Assembly (NCBI RefSeq): GCF_000189295.2
Contig: NC_016803.1
Span: forward strand, 990,001 to 1,022,000
Origin: Pseudodesulfovibrio mercurii
GTDB taxonomy: Bacteria; Desulfobacterota; Desulfovibrionia; Desulfovibrionales; Desulfovibrionaceae
Reading direction: 5' to 3'
DNA: 32,000 bases
This document shows, piece after piece, positions 19,368 through 27,851 of this stretch (its first letter is position 1; each line of letters opens with the position of its first letter). The notes beneath the pieces were generated by a model. That model saw nothing but the letters and a program-made list of their open reading frames with translations, made no database searches and was not told the origin of the DNA. A program made the position numbers and the translations under genes.

Positions 19368-19490
19368 ATGCCTCCGGCGGCCGGGGGAAGGGGAGAGGGG
19401 AACCCTTTGAAAAGGGTTTCCCCTCTCCCCTTCCCCCGGACCCCCATCCCCTTTTCCTTCCTAAACTTTTTGGCGCCGCTTCGCGGGGTA
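19368..19490 (-). repeat. Intergenic repeat family, copy B (full unit, inverted orientation) with a 59-bp palindrome
   Basis: The tail ATGCCTCCGGCGGCC (19368-19382) is the reverse complement of 28197-28211. The near-perfect palindrome at 19381-19439 is CCGGGGGAAGGGGAGAGGGGAACCCTTT-GA-AAAGGGTTTCCCCTCTCCCCTTCCCCCGG (one 1-nt bulge). The head at 19459-19489 matches copy A. Confidence 0.8.
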
Positions 19491-19571
19491 TTCGTGGTGC
19501 GCGGCGTTCGGAAGCCTGACGACGTGCGCCATTTTTACAAAAAAAGGACACGCTTGACCGCGCTCGCACGT

Positions 19572-19714
19572 TCTCCGCGAAGCGGCGATAAAAAGTTCTG
19601 GAGGGCTTGGAAGAGGTTCCCCCTCTGGACTCCCAGGTTCCCCCTCTGGCCGATCGCTGTTGTCCTCATCCGTAGGGCTCGAAGACTCGCCAACGGCTGG
19701 AGGCCCGGAGGCAT
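19572..19714 (+). repeat. Intergenic repeat family, copy D (long variant), head-to-head with copy B
   Basis: The head CCGCGAAGCGGCGATAAAAAGTTCTGGAGGG matches copy A's CCGCGAAGCGGCGCCAAAAAGTTTAGGAGGG. It contains a 15-bp perfect direct repeat AGGTTCCCCCTCTGG at 19614-19628 and 19635-19649. The tail is CCGGAGGCAT at 19705-19714. Confidence 0.7.
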
Positions 19715-19721
19715 CCTCAAC

Positions 19722-19750
19722 AAAAAAGGCCCCGCTCTGCGGGGCCTTTT
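19722..19750 (-). terminator. Rho-independent terminator of metG
   Basis: Stem GGCCCCGC (19728-19735) / GCGGGGCC (19739-19746). The plus-strand A-run at 19722-19727 gives a U6 tail on the minus-strand transcript. Confidence 0.8.
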
Positions 19751-19773
19751 CGTTGACATATGTCTGTCCGGGG

Positions 19774-21726
19774 CTAGCTGACCTTGCTGCCGGGGGGGAC
19801 GGCTCCGGTGGGGGTGAGGAGTTCCATGCCGTTGTCGGTCTTGACGGCCAGGACCATGCCCTGGGAGAGCTGCTTGCGCAGCTTGCGGGGCTTGAGGTTG
19901 GCAACCACGACCACCTGGCGGCCGACGAGGTCGTCGGGCTGGAAATAATCGGCGAGGCCCGCCACCACCTGACGCGGCTCCTTGTCGCCGGTATCGACCT
20001 TGACGAGAAGCAGGCGGTCCGCCTCCGGGTGCTTGTCCGCTTCCAGGACCGTGCCCACGCGCAGATCGAGCTTCTGGAAGTCCTCGAAGTCGATCTCGGG
20101 CACGGGCTCGGCGGTCTTGTCGTCCTTTTTGGCGGCCTTCTTGTCCTTCTTGGCGGATTTTGCCTCGGCCTTTGTCTCGGCCTTTTCTTCGGGCAGATCC
20201 ACACGGGGAAAGAGATTGGAGGTCTCGGCCACCATGGCGTCGGACTCGAGCAGCCCCCAGACGTCCAGTTCCTTGGGCAGGTTGATCTTTTCCGGGTCAA
20301 AGGTGATGCCCAGCTGTTCGAGCATCCTCTCGGACGCCTCGGGCATGACCGGCCAGAGGTGCACGGCAATTTTGCGCATGTTCTCGAGGAGCACGTAGAT
20401 GACCGTGGACAGCCGCCCGGTGTTCTTTTCCTTGAACAGGGCCCAGGGCGCGGTCTCGTCGATGTACTTGTTCAGGCCGCGAACCAGCTCCCACAGCCCT
20501 TCGAGGGCGCGGGAGAACTTCAGGTCGGTGAAGAAGTCCTGGAAGGACTGCATGGCGTCCTGACCGATCTTCTTGATCTCCGCATCGACCACGTCCTCCA
20601 CGTCTGGCCGGGGAATCTTGCCCCCGAAATACTTGTGGGTCATGGACAGGGTGCGGTTGAACAGGTTGCCCAGATCGTTGGCCAGGTCCGCGTTGAGACG
20701 GCCGACCAGGGCCTTTTCGGAAAAGCTGGAGTCCTGGCCGAAGGACATCTCGCGCAGCAGGAAATAGCGGAATGCGTCCAGGCCGTAGGCGTCCTTCATG
20801 GCCAGAGGCTCGACCACGTTGCCGATGGACTTGGACATCTTGGTGTCCTCCACCAGCCAGTAGCCGTGCACGTTGAGGTGCTGGTACGGCTCGATGCCGG
20901 CGGCCTTGAGCATGGTCGGCCAGAAGATGGCGTGGGGCTTGAGAATGTCCTTGGCCACCATGTGGTTGGCTGCGGGCCAGAATTTCTTGAACTTCTCGCC
21001 GTCGGGCCAGCCCAGGGCGGCCACGTAGTTGATCAGCGCGTCGAACCAGACGTAGGTCACGTAGTCGGCGTCGAACGGCAGCTCGATGCCCCAGGTCAGA
21101 CGGGACTTGGGCCGGGAGATACACAGGTCCTCGAGCTCGCCGGACTCCAGCAGGGAGACGACCTCGTTGCGATAGCGCTCGGGACGGATGAAGTCGGGGT
21201 GCTTGTTGATGTGGTCTAGGAGCCAGTCGCGGTATTTGGACATCTTGAAGAAGTAGTTCTTCTCGGCGATGTACTCGGGCTTGGTCAGGTGATCCGGGCA
21301 CAGCCCGTCCACCAGCTCCTTCTCGGTGTAGAACCGCTCGCAGCCGAAGCAGTAGTGGCCGCCGTACTCGCCGAAGTAGATGTCGCCCGCGTCGTAAACC
21401 TTCTGCAGGATCTGCTGGACGACCGCCTTGTGCCGGGGCTCGGTGGTGCGGATGAAGTCGTTGTTGGAGATGTTCATGTTCGGCCAGAGGTCGCGGAAGA
21501 GCTTGCTGATGACGTCAACATACTCCTGGGGCGTCTGGCCGTTGCTTTCCGCGGCCTGCACGATCTTGTCGCCGTGTTCGTCGGTGCCGGTCAGAAAATA
21601 GGTCTCCTCGCCCATGAGCTTATGGAAGCGATTCAGCGAATCGGCCACCGTGGTGGTGTACGCATGGCCCAGATGGGGTTTGGCGTTCACGTAATAAATG
21701 GGCGTGGTGATGTAAAAGCGTTGCAA
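19774..21726 (-). CDS. metG: Methionyl-tRNA synthetase with a C-terminal tRNA-binding (EMAP/Trbp111-like) domain
   Basis: 650 aa: MQRFYITTPIYYVNAKPHLGHAYTT (HIGH motif), KMSKS (TKMSKSIGN), a Lys-rich linker, and a C-terminal OB-fold segment DLRVGTVLEADKHPEADRLLLVKVDTG. Confidence 0.95.
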   Translation of the reverse strand: MQRFYITTPIYYVNAKPHLGHAYTTTVADSLNRFHKLMGEETYFLTGTDEHGDKIVQAAESNGQTPQEYVDVISKLFRDLWPNMNISNNDFIRTTEPRHKAVVQQILQKVYDAGDIYFGEYGGHYCFGCERFYTEKELVDGLCPDHLTKPEYIAEKNYFFKMSKYRDWLLDHINKHPDFIRPERYRNEVVSLLESGELEDLCISRPKSRLTWGIELPFDADYVTYVWFDALINYVAALGWPDGEKFKKFWPAANHMVAKDILKPHAIFWPTMLKAAGIEPYQHLNVHGYWLVEDTKMSKSIGNVVEPLAMKDAYGLDAFRYFLLREMSFGQDSSFSEKALVGRLNADLANDLGNLFNRTLSMTHKYFGGKIPRPDVEDVVDAEIKKIGQDAMQSFQDFFTDLKFSRALEGLWELVRGLNKYIDETAPWALFKEKNTGRLSTVIYVLLENMRKIAVHLWPVMPEASERMLEQLGITFDPEKINLPKELDVWGLLESDAMVAETSNLFPRVDLPEEKAETKAEAKSAKKDKKAAKKDDKTAEPVPEIDFEDFQKLDLRVGTVLEADKHPEADRLLLVKVDTGDKEPRQVVAGLADYFQPDDLVGRQVVVVANLKPRKLRKQLSQGMVLAVKTDNGMELLTPTGAVPPGSKVS

Positions 21727-21771
21727 TTCGGATTCTCCTTGTCGTGACGAAAGCGGCCGCCCGGGCGGGCG

Positions 21772-22893
21772 TTACTTTTTGGGAGGCCTGCGTCGGCGGC
21801 GTCTGGGCCTGCGGGCGCGTTTGGACTGGGCGTCGGCCTCGTCCCCGTCTTCGGGGGCGGCGGCGGCCTGTTCGGGCCGGGCGGCGGGAGCGTCCTTGCG
21901 CGGACGGCGCTTGCGTTCCTCCCGGACCGGTCCGGGCTCTTCGGCGGGGGACGGGTCTTCCAACTCGGACAGATCGGGCTCCGGGGCCAGGATGTCGGGC
22001 CGCACGGGACGGCGTCCGCCCCTGCGCGCCTTGGGACCGGCGGCCCGGGCCTTGGCTTCCGCCTTGGCCTCGTCGCTGGGCGGCTTGTTAACTATTTCAT
22101 TCCATTCGTCAATGGAAACTTCCTGCTCTTCGAAGTTCTCGTCAAGCAGGGAAAGGGATTTCTTGAAGAAATTGGAGCGCAGGACCTTCATCTGCCCGAG
22201 CGAGGTCGGGTACTTCTTGCCCACGCGCGGGCACATGCGGTGGAACTCCTCGTAGCCCTGCTGCTCGAAGCTCAGGCAGCAGAGCAGCCGCCCGCAGATG
22301 CCGGAAATCTTGGTGGGATTGAGGAACAGGTTCTGCTCCTTGGCCATCTTGATGGTCACGGGCACGAACTTGCGCATGAACCGGCGGCAGCAGCACATCT
22401 GGCCGCAGTTGCCGATGGCCCCGAGCATCTGGGTCTCGTGGCGCACGCCGATCTGCCGTAGTTCGATGCGGGTGCGGTACTCCTTGACCAGGTCCTTGAT
22501 CAGCTCGCGGAAGTCGATGCGGCCTGGGGCGGTGAAGTAGAAGACCATCTTGGAACGGTCGAAAAAGACCTCCACGTCCACCAGCTTCATGCCCAGCTTG
22601 TGGGTGTTGATGCAGGTCCGGCAGAACCGGAAGGCGTCCCTGGAGAGGACCGCGTTCTCGGCCACGGCCTCCATGTCCTTGTCGTTGGCCAGCCGGTAGA
22701 TGGCCTTGTGCCCCTCGGGGTCATCGTCGTCCATCTCCTTGGGGGCCTGGCGGATCAGGATGACCTTGCCGAGTCCCATGCCCTGGTCGGTCTTGACGAT
22801 GACGTGCTGGCCTTCTCGGACTACGAACGGGCCGGAGCCGAAATAATACACCTGTCCGTAATCATTGAATTTAACTCCAAGTATCTGACTCAT
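21772..22893 (-). CDS. PSP1-domain protein (RicT/YaaT-like) with a long Arg/Pro-rich basic tail
   Basis: 373 aa: MSQILGVKFNDYGQVYYF..., Cys-rich core GNCGQMCCCRRF and GICGRLLCCLSFEQ as in RicT/PSP1. The last ~100 aa are low complexity and end in RRPRRRRRRPPKK. Confidence 0.9.
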   Translation of the reverse strand: MSQILGVKFNDYGQVYYFGSGPFVVREGQHVIVKTDQGMGLGKVILIRQAPKEMDDDDPEGHKAIYRLANDKDMEAVAENAVLSRDAFRFCRTCINTHKLGMKLVDVEVFFDRSKMVFYFTAPGRIDFRELIKDLVKEYRTRIELRQIGVRHETQMLGAIGNCGQMCCCRRFMRKFVPVTIKMAKEQNLFLNPTKISGICGRLLCCLSFEQQGYEEFHRMCPRVGKKYPTSLGQMKVLRSNFFKKSLSLLDENFEEQEVSIDEWNEIVNKPPSDEAKAEAKARAAGPKARRGGRRPVRPDILAPEPDLSELEDPSPAEEPGPVREERKRRPRKDAPAARPEQAAAAPEDGDEADAQSKRARRPRRRRRRPPKK

Positions 22894-22910
22894 GCAATCC
22901 TATCCTGTAT

Positions 22911-22934
22911 AAAAGCCCCCCTGGCTGCGGGGGG
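22911..22934 (-). terminator. Terminator-like C6/G6 hairpin in the ricT-like leader
   Basis: The minus strand reads CCCCCC-GCAGCCA-GGGGGG-CTTTTAT, ending ~20 nt before the ricT-like ATG (22893) and ~140 nt after the receiver gene stop (23073). Confidence 0.45.
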
Positions 22935-22958
22935 AGTGTGTATCGCGCAAAGAGAGAT

Positions 22959-22987
22959 AACATATTAGAAAACGGCTCCAACTTCAA
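22959..22987 (-). promoter_or_regulatory. Candidate sigma-70 promoter for the ricT-like/metG unit
   Basis: The minus strand reads TTGAAG (22982-22987), a 17-nt spacer, then TATGTT (22959-22964). Confidence 0.3.
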
Positions 22988-23072
22988 ATCCGTTCGGAAG
23001 CGCGAAACCGGATGCCGTTTCAAGGGACGGCACCCGGCTGTCATGTCTTGGGATTTGCCGATGCGACCCGGT

Positions 23073-23468
23073 TCAGATGAGCCCGAGGCTCTTGATCTCG
23101 CCCATGAGTTTTTCCTCGTCGATGGGCTTGACCAGGTAGGAGGTGGCTCCGCCGAGGAAGAAGGCGTCGTGGGTCTCCTTCTCGTCCGCGAGCATGGTGG
23201 TGACGATGACCTTGGATTCGCTCAGGGGGCTGACGCCGTTCTCCTGCTCCAGGGTGCGGATTTCACGCAGGGCCTGCTGGCCGTCCAGTCCCGGCATGAG
23301 CAGGTCGAGACAGATCAGGTCGTAGGGCTCGTTGTCGAGGAGGCTGCGCCGGAAGGCCTCGATGGCCTCCTCGCCGTCCACGGCGATGTCGCATTTGGCG
23401 ACCTGGCGCAATATCTCGTGAATCATGTTCCGGCTGTAAAAATCGTCATCCACGATCAACGCTTTCAT
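23073..23468 (-). CDS. Stand-alone CheY-like response regulator receiver
   Basis: 131 aa: MKALIVDDDFYSR (acidic pocket), phospho-acceptor context DLICLDLLMPGLDG, T/S at VIVTTM and K at YLVKP. AGGAGGG RBS upstream. Confidence 0.9.
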   Translation of the reverse strand: MKALIVDDDFYSRNMIHEILRQVAKCDIAVDGEEAIEAFRRSLLDNEPYDLICLDLLMPGLDGQQALREIRTLEQENGVSPLSESKVIVTTMLADEKETHDAFFLGGATSYLVKPIDEEKLMGEIKSLGLI

Positions 23469-23563
23469 ATTTCGCCCTCCTGTCGGTCTTTCCGTCTTGG
23501 GTTGGAGATTTGTTTCATGTCACTTTCCCGTAAAAAGCGCAATAGTTCGGCCCGGACGCGAAC

Positions 23564-24445
23564 TCAGGGCGCAAGCTCCACGCCCTCGCGGGCCAGCTCG
23601 AAATCGACCCCACGGCCCGCCCAGCGGTCCCGCAGCCTTGCGCCCAGTTCATCCAGGTCCGCGTCGGTCCGGTCCACGTCGTGGTGGGTCAGCACGGCCC
23701 GCCCCACCCCGGCCCGGCGGGCCAGCTCCAGGGCCGTGTCCATGGAGCCGTGGCCCCAGCCCCGTTTCCGCTCATACTCCTCGGGGGTGTACTGGGCGTC
23801 GATGACCAGCAGGTCCACGCCGCGCAACTGGTCCAGGACGATGTGGTTGCGCTCGGCCACCAGGGCCTCGTAGGCCTCGTAATCCTCGTCGCCGGGGGCG
23901 TAGATGTTGCCGAACGGCTCGTGGTCGCCGGTGAAGAACAGGGTGCGCCCGTCGCAGCGCACCAGATAGCCGAAATTCGGGGACGGGTGGTTCATGAGCA
24001 GGGGCGTGACCTCGGCGAACCCGAGGTCCACGGTCTCGCCCTCGGCCAGGGTGCGGTAGCCGATGTCCGCCGCGAGCTCGGCGGTCCGCACCGGGAAGAA
24101 GGGGTATTCCATCTGCCGGGCCAGGGCGGCCTCGATGCCGGTCATGTTCAGGGGGTCGGCCGGGCCGTGCAGGGTCACGCGGCTGCCGGGCACGAACAGG
24201 GGCAGAAAGAACGGCAGCCCGGAGATGTGGTCCCAGTGGGTGTGGGTGATGAACACGTCGCAGGCGGCGGGCCCGTCCTGGACCAGCTCCCGCCCCAGCT
24301 CACGGATGCCGGTGCCCGCGTCGAGAATGAGCAGGTTGCCGTCGTCGGCGCGGACCTCGATACAGGTGGTGTTGCCGCCGTACCGGACGGTCCGCGGACC
24401 CGGCACCGGCACGGACCCGCGCGTACCCCGGAACCGGACGCGCAT
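23564..24445 (-). CDS. Metallo-beta-lactamase-fold hydrolase (HxHxDH)
   Basis: 293 aa from MRVRFRGTRGSVPVPG...YGGNTTCIEV...LILDAGTG...FITHTHWDHISGLPFF...TGDHEP...LTHHD. Its ATG overlaps the HDOD stop (ATGA at 24443-24447). Confidence 0.85.
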   Translation of the reverse strand: MRVRFRGTRGSVPVPGPRTVRYGGNTTCIEVRADDGNLLILDAGTGIRELGRELVQDGPAACDVFITHTHWDHISGLPFFLPLFVPGSRVTLHGPADPLNMTGIEAALARQMEYPFFPVRTAELAADIGYRTLAEGETVDLGFAEVTPLLMNHPSPNFGYLVRCDGRTLFFTGDHEPFGNIYAPGDEDYEAYEALVAERNHIVLDQLRGVDLLVIDAQYTPEEYERKRGWGHGSMDTALELARRAGVGRAVLTHHDVDRTDADLDELGARLRDRWAGRGVDFELAREGVELAP

Positions 24446-25308
24446 CAGCGGGACTCCCCGAGCTTGACGAAGATTCGGGCGCTCTCTACCTCCTCGCCCA
24501 GGGAAGGCAGGTCCGCGATCAGTTCGTCCATGGTCATGTTGAACCGGTTGACCACACACGGAGGCAGCGGCTCCACCACGAAGTTCCCGGCCGAGCCGAA
24601 GGACAGCTTCTTGCTGATCTGGTTGGCGGCGAACAGGCAGTCGTTGAGCATGAAGTCCCCGCCCGCTCCCTGCGAATGGTGGGTGGCGACGACCTCCCGA
24701 AGCTCTCCGGGCAGGTGCCATTTTTCGGCCAGCAGCCCGCCGATGTCCGCGTGTGTCGCGCCGATGACATCCAGCTCGCAGTGGTGCAGGGGCGCGCCCG
24801 ATCCGGCGCATTGGCGGATCACGGCCGTGAATTCGTCCGGCAGGTACAGGGCGAAGACCACCTTGCCGATGTCGTGCAGCAGTCCGGCCGCGAAATAATT
24901 GGCCACGTCGTCACGGGACACCCCGAGCCTGCGGCCGAGCATGGAGGCGCAGGCGGCCACGGCCAGGGAATGGAGCCAGAACGCGCCCATGTCCAGCCGC
25001 TCGGAGGCGGTCCGGGGGATGGCCCCCACCGCGGCCAGACCCAGGGCCACGTTCTTGAGGGTGTTCAGGCCGAGGTAGACGCTGGCGTGGTTGATGGAGG
25101 TGATCTCCCTGGACAGGCCGAAATACGGGGAATTGACCAGGCGCAGGATCTTGAGGGTGAAGACCGGGTCCTTCTTGATGACCTCCACCAGGTCCTTCTG
25201 CGAGCAGTTGATGTCCGCCGACAGGGTCAGGACCTGGTGCACGCTCTCGGGAAAGGCGGGCATGCGCTCCACGGCCTCAAGCAATTTTCGTCTGACGTCG
25301 TCGTTCAT
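24445..25308 (-). CDS. HDOD-domain signalling protein
   Basis: 287 aa from MNDDVRRKLLEAVERMPAFPESVHQVLTL...DLVEVIKKDPVFTLKILRLVNSPYFGL...AAGLLHDIGKVV...THADIGGLLAEKWHLP, the canonical HDOD pattern. An alternative GTG start at 25362 abuts the comEC stop. Confidence 0.85.
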   Translation of the reverse strand: MNDDVRRKLLEAVERMPAFPESVHQVLTLSADINCSQKDLVEVIKKDPVFTLKILRLVNSPYFGLSREITSINHASVYLGLNTLKNVALGLAAVGAIPRTASERLDMGAFWLHSLAVAACASMLGRRLGVSRDDVANYFAAGLLHDIGKVVFALYLPDEFTAVIRQCAGSGAPLHHCELDVIGATHADIGGLLAEKWHLPGELREVVATHHSQGAGGDFMLNDCLFAANQISKKLSFGSAGNFVVEPLPPCVVNRFNMTMDELIADLPSLGEEVESARIFVKLGESR

Positions 25309-25358
25309 TATCCCATCCGCCTGTTTTGCGGCCCGCCCAGGCGAACCGGCCCCGTTCT

Positions 25359-27851
25359 TCACTGTTCCGGACCCGGCGCGGGGCCTACTCGGACTTCTAT
25401 ATCAGACGGGCAGTCCTGGCAAGAGGGCGACCGCAGCCAGGTCTCCACCGCCAGTTCCCCGCCCGGCCCGTTCCAGGCGCAAACCACCCTTCCGTCCCGC
25501 GCCGTGGTGTACGCCCGCCCTCCGGCCACGACCTCGGCCGCCGCGAGCACGTCGGGGTCCGGGAACCCGTAACGGTTCATGAACCCGTTGGAGCAGAGCA
25601 CCGCCCGAGGGCCCACCGCCGCGTAGAAGGCCGGGTCAAAGCTCCTGCGGCTGCCGTGATGGGGCAGGACCAGGACCTCGGCCCGGAGGTCCTCCCCGGC
25701 CGCAAGCATGGACCGGATGCCGCCGCTCTCCACGTCCCCCGGCAACAGGGCCAGGGATCGCCCGTCCCGCTCCAGGCGCAGGACCAGGGAGCGCTCGTTG
25801 GCCCGCGACCCGGCGAACCCCTCGGCCGGATGGAGCACGGCCGCGCGCACGCCGGACCCCAGGTCCACCGCGTCCCCAGCCGCCAGCGACACGGGCGCCA
25901 ACCCGCTTCCGGCCAGGGCCCGGTCCAGCCGCTCGCCGGTCGGGCCGCGCGGAAGCATGCCGTTGGTGTACAGCGCGCCCACCCGGAAACGCTCCACGAG
26001 ATACGGCAGCCCGTGGCTGTGGTCCACGTCCGGGTGGGACAGGAAGATGCCGTCCAGCCGGGGCGCGCGCCCCAGGGTCAGGGACGGGCCGACCACGGCC
26101 TCGCCCAGGTCGAAGCTCGACGAACCGCCGCCCGCGTCCACCAGCCAGCGGTGCCCGCCGGGCAGGGACACGACCAGGGACTGGCCCAGCCCCACGTCGA
26201 GCATGGCCAGGCTCACCCGGTCGCGGCTGTCCAGCCCCATGACCCAGACGTGCGGCGCGACCAGCAGGACGAAGCCGAGCCCGGCCAGCAGGACCGGGAC
26301 ACGGCGCTTGGAGCGCAGGCAGACCGCCGCCGTGACCAGCAACAGCGTGAAGCCGAGCAGTTCCGGCCACAGGGGCCGCAGCACGGCGAAGATCGGGGTC
26401 AGCCCGCCGTCCCGCACCGCGTCCAGCAGCCAAAGCAGGCCGTCCGCGACCCGCGCGGCCAGGCCGAGAAGCAGCCCGCCCGCCGGTGCGGTCCAGGCGG
26501 ACACGGACAGGAGCATGCCGAGCAGCCCCAGCGGCATGACCGCGAACCCGAGGACCGGCAGCCAGACCAGGTTGAGCAGCAGGTTCGGGCTGAACGTGCC
26601 GAAATACCAGGCCACCAGGGGCATTATCGCCAGGGTGGCGCTGACGCTGACCGCGAGCACGCCCGCGGCCCACGAGAGCGCCCGCCACGCCCCCCGGCGG
26701 CCGGTGAAAAAGAGGAACCGAAAGTATGGATAAAGCAGCCCGATCCCGGCCACGGCCCCCAGAGACATCTGCAGGCCGAGATCATACAAGGACAGGGGCG
26801 AGACGAAGACAAAGGCCGCCAGGGCGAAGAACAGCCCGTCCATGAGCACCCGCCCACGCCCCTGGAGCAGGAGCAGCCCCCAGAAGCCGAACATGACCGA
26901 GGCCCGGATCAGCGAGGCCGACGGCTGGCCGAGCCAAGCATAGCCCAGGACCAGCGGCGCGGCCAGGTACACGGCCAGCTTGGGACGCGGCACGTGCAGC
27001 AGCAGCCCCGGCCACAGCCGCCCGATGAGCCAGGCCAGCGCCCAGCCCATGGCGGCCACGAAGCCCACATGCAGCCCGGACAGGGCCAGGGTGTGCGCCA
27101 ATCCCGCACTCCGGGTGGCGTCCATGGTCGTCTCGTCCAGCCACGATCGGTCCCCGGTGGTCAGGGCCAGGACCATGGCCCCGCCCCGCCCCTCGGGCAG
27201 CAGCCCGGCCACGCGCGCCCGCAACCCGCCGCGCAGCCCCGCCAGGGACGCGCCGGGCCGTTCGCCCCAGACCGGCCCCTCCCGGCCCGAGGGCCACGCG
27301 CGCCAGAACACGCCCTGCCGCTGCCAGTACCAGCGATAATCCCACAACCCCGGATCGCCGAAGCTGTGCATGGGCTCCAGCCGGGACACGGTCCGCACCC
27401 GCTGTCCGGGCAAGGGCACGTACCTCGAATCCCGCAGGAACCAGGCGACCTTGCCGGGCAGCGGCTCGCCCCCCTGCCCCGCGTCGCACGTAACCCCATC
27501 CAGGACCACCCGCAGCCGGCCGCCCGGCCTGGGCTCGGCCCGGTCCACCGTGCCCTTCAGGACCACGGCCTTGCGCGCCGCCATCCACTCCGGCACGCCC
27601 ACGGGCAAGGCTGGCGTGCGCTGGCCCGCATAGGCGAACCCGAAGACCGCGCACAACATCACGGCCAGGACCGGCAACCGGCACTCCCGCCCGCGCAGGA
27701 CGCGCTCGGCCAGGACCAGCAGGATCACCGCCGCACCGGCCGCCACCGCAAAGCGCACGGCGAAAATCCCGGCCGCGAAGGCCAGCACGTAGGTCTGCCA
27801 CGGCAACAACCCGGGCAATGGCGACTCGTATGTCCAACAACCATCCTTCAC
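25359..27851 (-). CDS. comEC: ComEC/Rec2 DNA internalisation channel protein with a C-terminal MBL domain
   Basis: 830 aa with many TM helices, competence-domain motifs (LAHTLALSGLHVG) and a C-terminal MBL motif LSHPDVDHSHGL. The GTG start at 27851 is uncertain. Confidence 0.9.
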   Translation of the reverse strand: MKDGCWTYESPLPGLLPWQTYVLAFAAGIFAVRFAVAAGAAVILLVLAERVLRGRECRLPVLAVMLCAVFGFAYAGQRTPALPVGVPEWMAARKAVVLKGTVDRAEPRPGGRLRVVLDGVTCDAGQGGEPLPGKVAWFLRDSRYVPLPGQRVRTVSRLEPMHSFGDPGLWDYRWYWQRQGVFWRAWPSGREGPVWGERPGASLAGLRGGLRARVAGLLPEGRGGAMVLALTTGDRSWLDETTMDATRSAGLAHTLALSGLHVGFVAAMGWALAWLIGRLWPGLLLHVPRPKLAVYLAAPLVLGYAWLGQPSASLIRASVMFGFWGLLLLQGRGRVLMDGLFFALAAFVFVSPLSLYDLGLQMSLGAVAGIGLLYPYFRFLFFTGRRGAWRALSWAAGVLAVSVSATLAIMPLVAWYFGTFSPNLLLNLVWLPVLGFAVMPLGLLGMLLSVSAWTAPAGGLLLGLAARVADGLLWLLDAVRDGGLTPIFAVLRPLWPELLGFTLLLVTAAVCLRSKRRVPVLLAGLGFVLLVAPHVWVMGLDSRDRVSLAMLDVGLGQSLVVSLPGGHRWLVDAGGGSSSFDLGEAVVGPSLTLGRAPRLDGIFLSHPDVDHSHGLPYLVERFRVGALYTNGMLPRGPTGERLDRALAGSGLAPVSLAAGDAVDLGSGVRAAVLHPAEGFAGSRANERSLVLRLERDGRSLALLPGDVESGGIRSMLAAGEDLRAEVLVLPHHGSRRSFDPAFYAAVGPRAVLCSNGFMNRYGFPDPDVLAAAEVVAGGRAYTTARDGRVVCAWNGPGGELAVETWLRSPSCQDCPSDIEVRVGPAPGPEQ

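Noticed and set aside
19614-19649. The 15-bp perfect direct repeat AGGTTCCCCCTCTGG, present twice with a 6-nt spacer; considered as a possible mini CRISPR or binding-site array.
   Set aside because: There are only two units and the spacer is far too short for CRISPR. No cas genes are present. It lies inside repeat copy D and is best read as an internal duplication of that element.
19314-19781. ORFs inside the repeats, 19314..19781(+) and 27897..28211(-). Both contain a peptide starting MPPAA(G/R)G..., encoded by the repeat tail ATGCCTCCGGCGGCC.
   Set aside because: The shared peptide start simply reflects the shared repeat DNA. There is no RBS and the frame is not preserved in copies A and D. 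The products are low-complexity Pro/Gly/Phe strings, and the 19314 ORF also runs through the metG terminator.
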